Positions 1-13,200 of a DNA stretch of 64,000 nt are shown one piece after another. The stretch comes from Tubulanus polymorphus (lineage: Eukaryota; Animalia; Nemertea), in assembly GCF_964204645.1 (NCBI RefSeq), contig NC_134025.1, positions 6,510,001 through 6,574,000 of the forward strand, given 5' to 3'. Positions within the stretch are counted from its first letter, which is position 1; each line of letters opens with the position of its first letter. The notes below the pieces were generated by a model. It was not told the DNA's origin, did not search any database, and saw only the letters and a program-made list of their open reading frames with translations. The translations under genes and the position numbers were made by a program.

Positions 1-2587
1 TTTGTCTGTAACTTAGGGTAATCAGATGTAACAGTAACCGTAGCAGTAACTTGCACCCATATGCACCATGCACAGGGTCCGATTTCTTTATTCCTAGTAC
101 AGCCAGATGGCTGCACTGGATCCTTCATTACCATATAGCGCACTTAAAAATATATCGACTTATTACATTGTATGCATGGCTTATGCAAAAACAAATATAT
201 ATACTACTATGTGTATGAAATGAAGAAAAAGTGAAAACTCTTTAACTCTTAAAGAATATTTGTTAGTAACTCAGGGTAATCAGACGTCTGATTACTGGAC
301 AGCGGTGCGATGACCTTGGACATGGACGCTTGACACAAATACATAACCAGTAGGTCGTCATTGAGTTAACAGTCGGAGCAATATCTCAGAGATTTAATTA
401 CGGACATCATCTTACGAATGCATCCCCGATGACAACCAGCGTACGACAACAACCACCGAACAGTCCAACGGATGATGAGCTGAACATTTGATATTAGAAC
501 TGGATCCACTAATGGAGAAACGTTGCTTGTAGTAGAACTGAATTCGGTTGGGGGCTGTTCATAAAACGTCTATAAAACTATGCAGGAGAGTGGTAAAAAA
601 TCCCTCTCACAGAAGCTTGAAAATTGGCAGTTTTGCCGATAACCATTTAGTGAATTCGTTTGACTGAGTATAAATATCTCAAACACTTAATACAGTACAC
701 TACAGACACTACGACATTTATAGCAATACGCATTGAATCCGGACAACGATGACATCATGAAATCTTGAATATAATCAGTTTGAACTCGACCGGGATGGAT
801 TTTTTGTCAAGATTGACACTAACTTTCTGTCGGTATGCGCATATTCAATGACTCTAGCGACTAACGCTGAATCGAGTTGGCACGCATCACGGATTCTGAA
901 CCACGCTCCTCGCGATCTAAAAACTTCTGTCATCAATTCAGTCGCGCAAATGCCAATATTTGAATACCTGTCGCAGTGCGGAATGTTTAAATTCCGGCGG
1001 TATCAAGAGAATTAAGAGCTAATCACACAGTAACCTGAAGTATCAAACCCTCCAGATAATTAGATCTTCACATGTTGATAATAACCTCAAATGACTTCAA
1101 CGAAAAATGACAGAACAAGAAATCAAACTTTCCGAGGACTTTTATCTACCGGTACTTTCTTCTACCTTTCTGTTCTTTGCATCGCAAAGAAGGAATGGAT
1201 TTGCTTGTTGCTATGGAAACAAATTACCTTATTAATAGATTAATGTAAATTATCGAATCACCATGATAACGTAAAGGTTAGAAAAAATGGGCTGATCTCT
1301 AGCATCTCAAGATTTCTTAGACACAAGGATCCATCGGAATACATAAGAAATCCTTTTTCAAATATGAAATACAGAAACTAAAGCTTTGTTACGTCAAAAA
1401 AATGTTTCAGATCTTAGAGCGAACTTTTCCCCCGAGAAGGCCTATATTTAGAGTCAGTCGTATTTGTTGATCTGGGAATGAACTATCAAGGTATTCGTTT
1501 AATGCCACAATCACGCAGCAAAAGCCATTTTGACCCGTCATTTCTTCCATATGTATCGATCGATCGACTCAGAAAGCCGATACCCATTCACAGGCCATAT
1601 ATAACATTACATGTCAACCGCATATTTTTAACGCTATCAAACATTCGCAGGCATTTGTCAGCTAACGTTTTAAACGAGCTTGAAGAAGTAGATATTCCTA
1701 TTTACTTAATAAAAAAGAAACTGAAAGGTTCTATCATTGGGAAGAGCGATATTCAATAGGAAATAGAATCTTAAGAATGACATCGCAACGCGCGACCAAT
1801 ACAGCGCGAATAAAATCAATACATCGCTGAAAAACGAAAAACTCCAATAAATTTATTCCAAATAGTTTATAGCATGTTGAAATGTATTGAAGCGGTTTGA
1901 TACATTTTGATCATTGCGTAACACTTTGCGCTAATTTTTTCGAGTTAAGTGATCAATTACCGAGATAATGGAGAAATCATGTTAGCTCCTGAGATAGATT
2001 AACGCAACTGCGCTCACAGTTCTAACTGGTCACTGCTGATGTCTAAGAAAATGCGTGCACTACATCAGAATAATACTATAGTAAGTATCATGCTTATACG
2101 AAATTCGTCTCTAAGTATTCAATACTCAGAAACGCTCAGCAACCATCAAACCCCTTTCAACGTTTGTTGCCTCTGATGTTAAATTGAAGACTGGTTCATT
2201 AGATCAGGGCTTATCACCAGATGTGGTGCATCAACGACATCACGGTCACTCGGTCAATATTCACCGGTTGATCGAAACTGCGGATGATAAACGACTGAAA
2301 TAGGGCTCCTTGATACCGGCAACTGTTCAATCGACCAGCTACATACAGTCAAACTTCATTGCGACCAAGAAAAACACGGCGTTATAACAAATTTGTCATT
2401 GTCAAAGAATGGTATTTTCATTGAAGTTGGTGTAAAGTGTTATGACAGACGACCACTGCACTAGTATTAGCCAAAATATTGCTGTCTAAGTTGGGGTCAA
2501 ATGTCAGGGGTCACCAGTGTTGTTGTAGAAACATAAAAACTGGGCTGGATATCAATACATATTCTATCTTTTTGATGATGATGATCA

Positions 2588-2723
2588 GGGCCCAGTTTCA
2601 CGAAAAAGTTTAAGCCTAAAACAGTTAAGTTTGAATTGTTGTCCTCATTGTCGAAAACATGAAGTAACCAATGGCAATTACACCAAAAGTTTTAGGCTTA
2701 AACTTTTTCGTGAAACTGGGCCC
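2588..2723. mobile_element. 136 bp MITE with about 35 bp perfect terminal inverted repeats
   Basis: GGGCCCAGTTTCACGAAAAAGTTTAAGCCTAAAAC at 2588 and its exact reverse complement ending at 2723. A related terminus fragment gggcccagtttc occurs at 25601. No clean TSD seen. Confidence 0.85.
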
Positions 2724-5586
2724 GAGGTTAGACAATGTGTGTATGGATACATGAAAACATTAATGAGTATCGTTGTTTTATCATCAGGTGTTGTTAATGT
2801 TGCTGATACTCTTTTGTCAAACTTCTATAACTAAACAAAAATCAATTTCTAATCAATGAACACGAAGTTTCTGAATATTTGCCACCCATCAACTTCATCT
2901 CGGCGATCAAACAATGATTCTGAACAAACTCAATAAAATCGACAGTATTTCAGTTTATTTAATGTAATTAATGGTGTCTATTGTTGTCGGTTGTCGTGAC
3001 GATGTATTATCGACCGCCCGGGTATGCGTTGTTTTCGTAGCACGATTGCGACGTTTACAGCCTATTGAACAATGACAAATTAATGAGATAATTTCATTAA
3101 CGCGCCTGTATAGAGGTTTTCTGGTTGGAAGCGTTCGAGAGTCTTCCAACAACTAATCAAAATTCTTCATGTTGTTCCTGATACTACTTAATGCTGCTTG
3201 ATGATTTTTTCTATATCCCAATTTATTTTTCTTCACCCCAATGACGTGCGAACTTGAGTACAGCAAATTTGGCACAACGATGGTGCTTTATGTGTAGTAA
3301 CCTTAAAACTACTTTGGTCGATTGATAAAATGTGGTGCACAAGAACCTTAACATTTTCTATACTATATTCATATCTAATTACTAATAAGACAGACATGAC
3401 TGAGAGCATTGTTGATTGCATATTCTCAGATAGCTGACAGATTGAATTAGCGACATCCCGACAAAGCGTTGTGGCACTGTCAACCCACCACAAACAGTTA
3501 CAGTCATTAAATATCCACTGCGTAATAATCGATACGTGGCCAAGTAGAAACTCTTAATTATTCAACGGAGAAAACTTCTACTTCATTAGACGTCGTTCAT
3601 TAAATAGTTAAACCTCTCAAATTTCCATCAAGACAAGATTCAATTAAGCGCCTGAATATAATTTCACCAAAATATCTTTAGTAGCCCAGTCAAGCACCTC
3701 TATTCCGTCGAGTTTTCTCCACTTCTAAAACTTGATGAATTCGTGTATTGACGCACATATCCGATGCTCGATGTAAAGCGATCTCACGACAAAATTTAAC
3801 TTATTTTGCCATCGGTCGACAATCATATCAAGCCGATCGAATTACGAGCACGTAGGACGGATTAAAAGACATGAAATACGCAAAACGACGAGGGAAAAAC
3901 TGATCAGGAAGAAATACCACCAACGATTGAATGTTCAAAATGATCGTCTTGGGGCTTTTGGATACAATACTTCTACTGTTCAAGTGGCTTAATGAAACTT
4001 GGTCGAATCCCCAAGTGGAATGGCAGAAATGGTTTCTATAATTACATACAAACTGATTATATCGGAAAATTCAAAGAGTCATTGAAAACACGGACAAGAC
4101 TGCAGTATAACCGTTACGCAGTTAGTGTCGGCGCGTTAGAATAGAGCCTACGCTGAAACTAATTGAAAACCATTCGCGATCGAAAACATGCATAGAATTA
4201 TCAAATTCATACACATGTTGCGGATCCCAGTTCTCTCACTGCATATGAATATGTAATTCTAATCAATATGTCTGCTGAAATGTTTAAAAAATTTTGTTTG
4301 GTAGTTGTTAACCGCAGCTTTTCAGCGACGGCGCCTGCTAAAAACGACGAGGCGTGGATACGACCACAACTGAAGCGTGTTAAATTTTCTAATATGAAAA
4401 TCGCTCTCGGCTATGAACCGCTAACTAGCTACACGCGAATCTTTCACCGACGACACCAACAGACAACATCTCTGCGACCATAGATCGATAGACATTCGCG
4501 CAGACGCGAAGAATAAAACCCTTTGATGAAAATTCTGAGCAATTAGCGATGGTCAGTCAGTCAGTAGTAGAAGACAAAGGCGGACGAGCATTGTCCGTGA
4601 CAAACCACATCCCGACTTAAGCGGCTTAATAGTTAATGAATCGGAGAATGGCGAGATAGCTTCAGCCGGTTGAAGTCCGTTCTGATCGTTACATTCATCC
4701 GGCGTATAATCAGATCTTACACTTAAATCAGCCCAGTTACCTCGGACTGGATGTCGTTCAATTATCACGATTGTTGAAGATTTGGGTAAGGGTATTTTCC
4801 CCGAGATATAAGACGGTATCTATCGTGAAACAAGTCCGACGGATACGTGCAGATATTGTATGTGCGGCGACTACCGTAGCAATTTCTGATCCGGTATCCT
4901 AGTAACGATACTATCTACGATACACGGCATTGTTATGAACAAATGCGATTATTATTGTCGTTATCATCGAGTGATAATATTATCAAATGGTTCTCGGTCA
5001 GAAACGGCAGAATATAACGATAACACGCACACATCCGCTGAATCTTACCACCTAAGCAAACAGGTGCTGAATGTATATCGCGCCTCATTGACATGCGTCG
5101 TATAAGTACACGGTACATGGCTTGGAGAAGTTACAACATACTTCACATCAAACGAGTGTCTTTTTCTCTCGCCGCCGTCATCAAGTATGTTTGAAGCAGC
5201 GTTTGATCATGTTTACTAACTCGATGCTGTTCGGTTCTCCAGTTGATAGTATTTCTCTTACGATCTACGGCGCAATATTGCGTAGCTGACACCGTTCGCT
5301 CGCGTTCCAGGCCCCGATACAATATTGATTTTGATAAATGACGGGGGGGATGTAAAAAGCTTTATTCGTTGTCAGTTGGAATTGGATTTCTTAGCTGTGA
5401 TCAGTGTTCCATTGATGTTGAAGCTCACCACCGTTGTCGAATACTCTTAACATCTCCAGATATAAGTCCGTTGGTTAGATATCACCTTGGAGATCACTAC
5501 CAGCGATTCTAAAATTTTGCCCTGAAAAATCTATTTTTCAACATTTCAACAGCACATTTCATTTTATATTTACAGATTTACGGACC

Positions 5587-5622
5587 ATGGATAAGAATAT
5601 AAATTCACAACCGGGAAGTTGA
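5587..5622 (+). promoter_or_regulatory. Upstream ORF (MDKNINSQPGS*) in the GPCR 5' leader
   Basis: accATGg (strong Kozak context) lies 11 nt after a likely splice acceptor (tttacag| at 5575). It stops 19 nt before the GPCR ATG and is in a different frame. Confidence 0.55.
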
Positions 5623-5641
5623 AAAACGTTCCAAAAACAAA

Positions 5642-7081
5642 ATGTACGACGACGTTCCACTAGAAGGCAGCGGCTTCAATGGTGGAGGTGGCAGCGGGGA
5701 TGGAGGGGTGTTGCAGACGCAATTACAGATAATGCTGAACTATTCTCGGAACAATTCACGCTGGGGTCAAGTAGGATCTAAAACGACCGAATCGGCGATA
5801 CTGATCGTCGTGGCTAGTGTCGGAATGGTCGGTAATTTAGCGATCGTTATCACCATTCTCGTACTGCACGACCTGCGAAAAACATCCAGCGCTTTTCTAT
5901 TCCACCACTGCATACTGGACTTCATAAAATCGACGTACTGCCTGCCGTTCGCTTTCAGTATAATCACCGAACAGGAACCGATGTTCTGCAACGTTCTCGG
6001 CGGATCGTTTATCATATTCGTGACGACGACCGCGTTCAATCTGCTGGCGATGGTCATGAACGAAGCGTATCAATTCGCCGATATGAACCTCGGCATCAAA
6101 GACTCGGCGAATTTTTGCTGCGTCGTCTTCGGAATATCGACGATCTGGTTCACGAGTTTGATTCTGAATCTCGGCGTCGCGTTCATTCCCGGCAGTCCCA
6201 GTTTTGTCAAAGGCGTTGGACACTGCGTGTTCGTGTACGGGGACACGCGCAACTACGTGCTACACATTCTATGGATAATTCTCGTGTCGTTCGCGGTGGC
6301 GCTGACGGTCATGTATTTGCGGAAGCTGCACCGCGAGATCAAAATGAACTCGTATTACCGCCTGTCGACGCTGATCCGCGCGACCGTGTCGATTGATCCG
6401 CGCGGTTCACCGGCACAAACGCCCGACGATCACGCCGAAAAAATTCTCATTAAAAAAATCGAAAGTTATAGCCTGCGACGCGTCTACGTTATAATGACCA
6501 TGACTTTATTGTTTGTATTGTTTTGGTATCCTTTATTTATGTTAACCGTTGTGGACCCGAATTTCACGACGTCGCCGCACGGCTACCGAATATTAACGAT
6601 GTTCGCGTGCAGCAACGCCGCATTGTCGCCATTCCTGTTCATATGCCTTGTCAAGAAGAACTGTTGTTGCCGACCAGACTTTCCCGATATGAACGATTTA
6701 GAAACGACAGAAATACCGCGTGAACACAGCTCGCAGTTATCGATCGAGAGCATCGGACACGCGCCGAATCGAAGGTTAATGATGAACGAACAAAACTCGG
6801 GCATTTATAACGAATTCTTCGCTCGTAGCGTCGACAGTCACCACAGTCGGGATTATCTGTACGAACGACCGCAAGCTCACAGCAGCAGTACAGAGGTTGG
6901 TTACACCGTTCCCAGACCACCGCAACGTAGAAACAAGCCATCTCCTAAACTTCGCACCGATAGACAAAAGTCACCCCAACCGGGTCCTCCTCGCCACACC
7001 AATGATAACAACTATTCTCCTCAAAATCGTCGAACGACAAATGTGCCCAATAGTTTATGGCTATCTTCTACAACACTATAA
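5642..7081 (+). CDS. Orphan rhodopsin-family (class A) GPCR, SREB/GPR85-like, 479 aa, intronless CDS
   Basis: Seven hydrophobic segments, TM1 GN, TM2 Asp followed by KSTYCLPF, TM3 Cys and TAFNLLAM, ECL2 Cys, TM6 FVLFWYP, TM7 SNAALSPF, a CCC palmitoylation cluster and N-terminal N-glycosylation sites (NYS, NNS). The TM2/TM3/ECL2 pattern resembles recalled SREB sequences (RSAICFPF, TAFMLFCI). Confidence 0.9.
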   Translation: MYDDVPLEGSGFNGGGGSGDGGVLQTQLQIMLNYSRNNSRWGQVGSKTTESAILIVVASVGMVGNLAIVITILVLHDLRKTSSAFLFHHCILDFIKSTYCLPFAFSIITEQEPMFCNVLGGSFIIFVTTTAFNLLAMVMNEAYQFADMNLGIKDSANFCCVVFGISTIWFTSLILNLGVAFIPGSPSFVKGVGHCVFVYGDTRNYVLHILWIILVSFAVALTVMYLRKLHREIKMNSYYRLSTLIRATVSIDPRGSPAQTPDDHAEKILIKKIESYSLRRVYVIMTMTLLFVLFWYPLFMLTVVDPNFTTSPHGYRILTMFACSNAALSPFLFICLVKKNCCCRPDFPDMNDLETTEIPREHSSQLSIESIGHAPNRRLMMNEQNSGIYNEFFARSVDSHHSRDYLYERPQAHSSSTEVGYTVPRPPQRRNKPSPKLRTDRQKSPQPGPPRHTNDNNYSPQNRRTTNVPNSLWLSSTTL

Positions 7082-10000
7082 TAGATCATATGAAGACTAG
7101 CTTTTTATTCCTAACACAAGGAAATGGGGCCCAGAACTCAGGTTTAAACTCCACGAAAATGCAGCGTTCTTAAACGCATAATAACCAACAACACGATGAC
7201 ATTTGACGATCTAGCAAAAATGTCATCCAGGTTCGAATATGCCTTTTCATATTGTCTACCGAACATTCAATGGAAAATAAAAAGCCATGGCAGGATTTTA
7301 TACTTGACAAAAGAGGTTAATCCGATATCCTCCATCAAGAAATAAGCTCCTGAAATCCATTCTATAGATTACTGTTGTATCAGACCATTATCTTGGTACT
7401 TCAGGTTGAGTGCAGCTATCTCTTTCTCCCTCTCAAATATATAATGGACAAGAGATGTACGCTATTGTAACTCCCCTAAAAAATCATGACACACTTCAAC
7501 TTCACATAGAGAGTAGTCCTCGTTATAAAGAGCCTGTGATGTTCTATAGTCTTTCATTTACTTCCTCTAGCATATCCTTTGATTCTTCAAATCAGTACTG
7601 CATTTGAAACATACCAGCCCTTGGGCCAATCTGATGGCATCGACATTTCAAGGAAGCAAATTTATGGACAGATACAGCGTAAATTCGATTGATATCTCTG
7701 ATTTGTAAATTTATCATGTATGCAGATCATTAAACATCATCAATCAACATGCTTAATCTCTGTTGGGATTTCTGGCTGCTATAATTTATCATGCATGCAT
7801 TAATTCAATTTACGCACCTATATAAATTGGTCAATGTCAAAGCAAACTGATATTAGTACCATATAAAGTAGGGTTTCCTAAACACTTAGAGGCAATAATC
7901 ATTCCCTCAGCCAAGCAGAAGCCTGAACACTACCAGGGGCTACCTCTGGCCAAATGAAACCATCTTACTTCCGAAATTTACTCAGAACTTGAAATTTAGT
8001 TCTTATCATCTTGATGAATTTTAGGTGTGATAAACTAAAACATATACATGCACAGGCTACATGATTGACTGAGCAGAGATGTTTCATTGGATTAGCAGCA
8101 GAAGTTTTGGATTTCTGACAACAACAACAACAACAACACGAACAAGACGGTGAAAATATGTCATCACCATAAAAACTGATTACTTCATTAGTTCCTTGGA
8201 AAGGTAACAAGATTACACAGGACTATAGATTTTGGCTCGCCAAAACTAAACGTTTGAATGACTAGAATGAATGATAATCAAACCTGACTAATTTCTCTTT
8301 GCATAGAGGATTATAGTATAGCGTGAACTAACAGATACTGTAAATTAGCATAATGTGTTTAATATTTTTTCTCATTTAGATTAATAATTTAATTTGCTGT
8401 TAGATGTTTAAAACAAGGCTGTACATGAAAATCTATCATCATAGCCATAATAAAATCATCACGCGTGACATTTTCATCAATCGTTGAAATTAAATCATTT
8501 TGAGGATAAAGAGAGATTTAGCGCAGTTATGAGGGCTTATGTCTAATCCATTGGTTCTTGAATGCCACTACCTATTGGCATAAATGCAGCTCGCTAATAC
8601 TCTAGGATCAAATGCGGAAATTGGCATAATCTTCGATACAACACTGAACATCCTTCGCAGATAATACCAGTAGGAACTATACTTTGCTCATATCAATTGT
8701 ATTGAAGAAATCTGAGGAAAACATGTAATCCTGGGCAATAAAATAACACCAATGCACAGAATCAATAAAACATCATTTCCCAGCGTGTGAAGTGGTGATC
8801 TGGACTCCTATGGTATGTATAAATTGTGGTCTCACCACTTAGCTGCTTCGTAAATGCTTGACATGTCACCGAGAAGCTCTTATTTTCTCCGGCAGTGAAT
8901 CGTTGTCAGCTTTACAACGAAATTAGTTTTCTCATGGTTTCGGCATTGATCGGATATACATGCTGAGCTCGACGACTGGCTCTGTCCAGTTTACTTTTCC
9001 CATCTGACAACTAGCAAACGATGTAAATGTGATCGATGGTCATAGACGCAAGATCTTCTGAGTGCCGACGATTTGAAAACACTTGAACCCATCTACTCGC
9101 CTGCAGAACTAGGTCAATGATCAAATTTCCAAATCATCAATTTGCATATATAAAAATCTTTCAACATAAAGATATACCATAGTAAATCATGTTTCATGAA
9201 TTCAAAAAGAAAATCTTTTCTGTTCTTTCGGCTAATGAAGGAAAGCTTTCCGCATTTAATGCAGCCAAATGAGAAACTTAAAGGGCCTACATCTTTTATG
9301 GCCATGATTTAATATAATCCGAACCTAACTGTGACCAAATCGATCGACAACAGCACTTCATTAGATAAGGCCTTGACCTTCGACTAGCGGCCTGATTGAT
9401 CAAATTTCGAGTGTTTCTTGTCGATGATTTGTAATTTTCTAATGATGCGGTGACCCGTTCATAATACAAGATCGGATCAATAAATAGATTCCAATCATTT
9501 TGCACATATCGGATTTAATGCTTTAGGCCGCATGTGAAAGAATATGAAGATTCGTGTTTCAAGTTACTACATCAAAAAAACGAAACAATTTCAAGGGAAT
9601 GGTGCAACAATTTTCATCAAGCGATCACTATAATTTCCATAAATCAGCCCTTGGCAACGCAGTAGTATTATCGCCGGGACAATTTGCGGTAGCTGATTTC
9701 TTGTTTCTTAACAACATCGATAATCTTGCTCAAGCCATCATTTCGCATTCTCCCAAATTGTTTCTGGTGTGGATTATATTGATTTTACACCTAATTCGTA
9801 TTCTATTTGAGTTGCCATGTATTTGACAGCAGCAATTTTTAGAAATTTGGTCGTTTTGAATCGCACGGTCAATCAAGATCAGTTGATAATGCATTCAATT
9901 TCAGATCAATTTTACAGCTAGCTGCGATACAGAATACAAAGCAGATGATCTCATATAAAACCTCGACTATTCACACAAATCACCCAAAGAGCAGAACCCA

Positions 10001-10242
10001 TTTCAACAATTCAGAGTTCAAGCAACGGTTATTCTCTTATGGTGCTTTCAACGGTTAGTTTGTCTCAATGAACTATGGATAAATTGTCTCACTTATCAAT
10101 GCAGCATAACATTTTATAAAATGTGCGGTAGAAATCTATGATACCAGTTATAACACGTAAAATCAACATCTACAACTTCACCATCTATCAACGAAACCTT
10201 GAATAAAACAAACAGCAGTGAATGAGAAATGGTGCGACATAC

Positions 10243-13200
10243 CTGTTCAAATCCACCCAACATCTCAGTAGTATCCATTGAGCTGTTCATAGGTAATACT
10301 TGAAGTTTATGACCAGTTAAATTCGCCAACATATGTACCAGTGATGTTTTACCACTAGACTGAGGTCCAAGCTACAAAAACATTGATTTATGAATATTCA
10401 TTACCAGCTCAATTTGTCGAGATTCAAACTTGAAACAAACATCTTATGAGTGATTTCACATCTTGTTTGAGACATGCATTAACAAATGAGCCGAACAGAA
10501 AAATCTATCCATCAACTCACTAATATAGCCATCCAGTTCATATCCATACATTTCATCAAGGCTTCCATTGGTGCCAAACTATGATGCAACAATTTCAGAT
10601 TGACATCAGACATGCAGTCACCCCCGGGACAGCGAGGTAAGAATGAATGGCCGACTTGAATGAGGTCAGTCGTTACAGAAAATACGTCTTTATGTGTGTA
10701 CATAGCTGCATCCTTGAATACATTCTGAAATGCTTCGACAACCTGTAAAATAAAGAGAATTCTATCTGAATACATGACTGAAAAGGAAGCCACTAAAAAC
10801 TGACCAAATAGCAACAATGACTTAACATAGGTTTAGCCATGAGCAAAATGCGATATGTTATACCTTTGATTTATCATCACTGGATCGAAGGCGATCTCTG
10901 TAGATAAGACCTGCGTATTCTCCAGGGTTCCAGGTGTCAGCATTCTGCATGTACATTCATAAATAACATTCAGAATACTAAATATCATCAGTTTTAAATC
11001 GAGAAATTGATAATTCAAAGAAAGTACCTGATAAGTAATGAGAAGATCACACCAACGTAAAATATCTCTGATGTTGAATTCCCATGGACTGCCTTTTTGT
11101 CCCCACTGACATTGCACCATTGTCTCCTCATAAACCTTCATATACATAAATAACCACGAGAAAAATGAACTCTTGTATCAGTTAAAGTCACAAGACAAGC
11201 ATGAATTTTAAATAAGCACGAACCTTGTTGTTGAAGTCTACCATATTAGCAGTCACATCAGTGGGTAACATTGGATATAATGATGATATAATGAAAAGCT
11301 GGTCATCTCTAGACAAGGGCTCAATGAATACCTAGAACAATTCATAAGAAACAAATATTCAGCCCCCAAAGCATCCAAATCAGTTCATAGTTACAGTAAG
11401 GGATTTGTATTTTACCTGTGTAAATCTATTGAGGAATGATTTTGGCAGGCCTTTCCTTCCACCTCCCTGAATAAGTGGATTCTGACACGCAAATAAGCGA
11501 GTTTTATCTCTTTGTATCTGGAACGTCATGCCAAGTTCTGGGATGTAAACCTCGGCACGATGATCTAAACAAGCATTCAAACCTTCCAACACTGACTGTG
11601 AAGCCAGATTCAACTAAAATTTCATAAGTCAAAATATATATAAAGTGTATATATTACAAGCTGGGTATTAAACAGAACAAAATTTCGTGATACTGACCTC
11701 GTCTAAGACAATCCAGTGCCCAGCTTTGAGGGCTTGTAAGAATGGACCATCTCTCCAGGCGAACTGGCCACCTTCACCACCTTCAACAGGTAAATCTGCT
11801 CCAAACAAATCACTTACATCCTACGGAAGTGAGAGATTGAAATCTAGAAAGTACGGCCTGAGAGAGCAGAACATTTAAAGATATCACTACATCAATTCAA
11901 CTTACAGTTTGATCAGACAGATTAATTCGCACTAATTCATGACCAACAGCTCGAGCTAAAGCAGATACAAGACTAGTTTTGCCCACGCCAGGTGATCCTT
12001 CTAGTAAAATTGGACGATTTAGTTGTAAAGCACGTAGTAATCTTTGACAGTTCAGTGATGTTGTTGGAGCCTGGACTGCATAGTTTTCATTCATATTTCC
12101 AGGTTTAGGTCCTATAGAGAAAATGAAAACATCCAAATATGAAAAATGATTCTTTATTGGTTTCCGTTGACGTAGATATAAATCTGTCCTCACCTTTAGG
12201 TACACTGAATGGATAAATGCTGAAGTGTGTGTCTTGTACCTGAACGTCCAGTTTGCCAGGTGTCAGAAAATCATAATACACACCAGTCATGGATTTTATT
12301 TGGTTCATCAGAAATCTGAGACAAGATTTCCTCACAGACTCCACTGACTGAGAAGCCGTTGACTGACCAGTAGCGAGACCATCGATGAATACCATACATG
12401 CTCCGTGAATATAGGCTAAACCTGGTTCTAGTTGCACATTATCTGTATCCATAGAATCAGCATTTGATACGGTATGGGAAGAGACATTGATGAAGTTTAC
12501 CCATGAAAGAAGATCTCTAATACTAACTACACACCTACAAAAACAAGCACATCACATTCAGATTATTTTCATACAATAATTCAAAGTTCGAGGTCCATAA
12601 AATTGAGAAATAACAAACCTTTTCCCCAGGTCATTATTCGTGAACCAGTGAACGAATTCGAGTATCGCTTTCCCAATTCCTGAAGTTCCATCTTCCTGAT
12701 TACACAAATGTATACCAGGTTTTAGATTATGTTCAATAATCTGTAAAAGGTCGGTTTGATCACGAGTCTGAGGACACCAGATTTCAGTGAATCTATTACG
12801 TAAGGCTGGAGATAACTATAAAGATAGATAATGAAAATATACAATGAGAAATACATATCCATTTCATAAAGAAATCAACTAAAGCTGAATAATCTTTTTA
12901 TACCTCCTTCTTGCCATAATCACCACCGGGATTCATTGTAGCTAACAGACGGAATTTTTCATGAGCTACAATCTGCTCCACATCGCCATCAGTTACTTCA
13001 ATCCCCGTGTCACCTTTTTCAGCGAGCAAGAGTGTTCGCTCCGGTTCTAGGACACTATTCAAACGTTCGAGGACCGAATCGTCGGCCAACGAGATCTCAT
13101 CCACCAAAAGAATTGATCCTTCTTTCATCGCGACAATAAGTGGTCCATCATTCCATTCAAATAGTTTATGACTTTCTTCACCATCCTAGAGAAAATATAT

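Noticed and set aside
5-295. Repeated gtaact(t/c)agggtaatcaga at about 8 and 266
   Set aside because: Only two short copies at the window edge. Probably repeat debris, and not an array or CRISPR.
3233-3493. Minus-strand ORF starting WWVDS, superficially like the midasin FEWVD motif
   Set aside because: The following sequence lacks the expected ALxxGxWLLxDNxN pattern and has no convincing splice sites.
5767-6967. Several overlapping ORFs within the GPCR CDS
   Set aside because: Shadow ORFs of a GC-richer coding region with no recognisable protein features.
8835-9100. Minus-strand segment bounded by ctgcag| and |gtgag that could be the next midasin exon
   Set aside because: Stop codons interrupt the frames read and there is no midasin similarity. 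A non-coding exon cannot be excluded.
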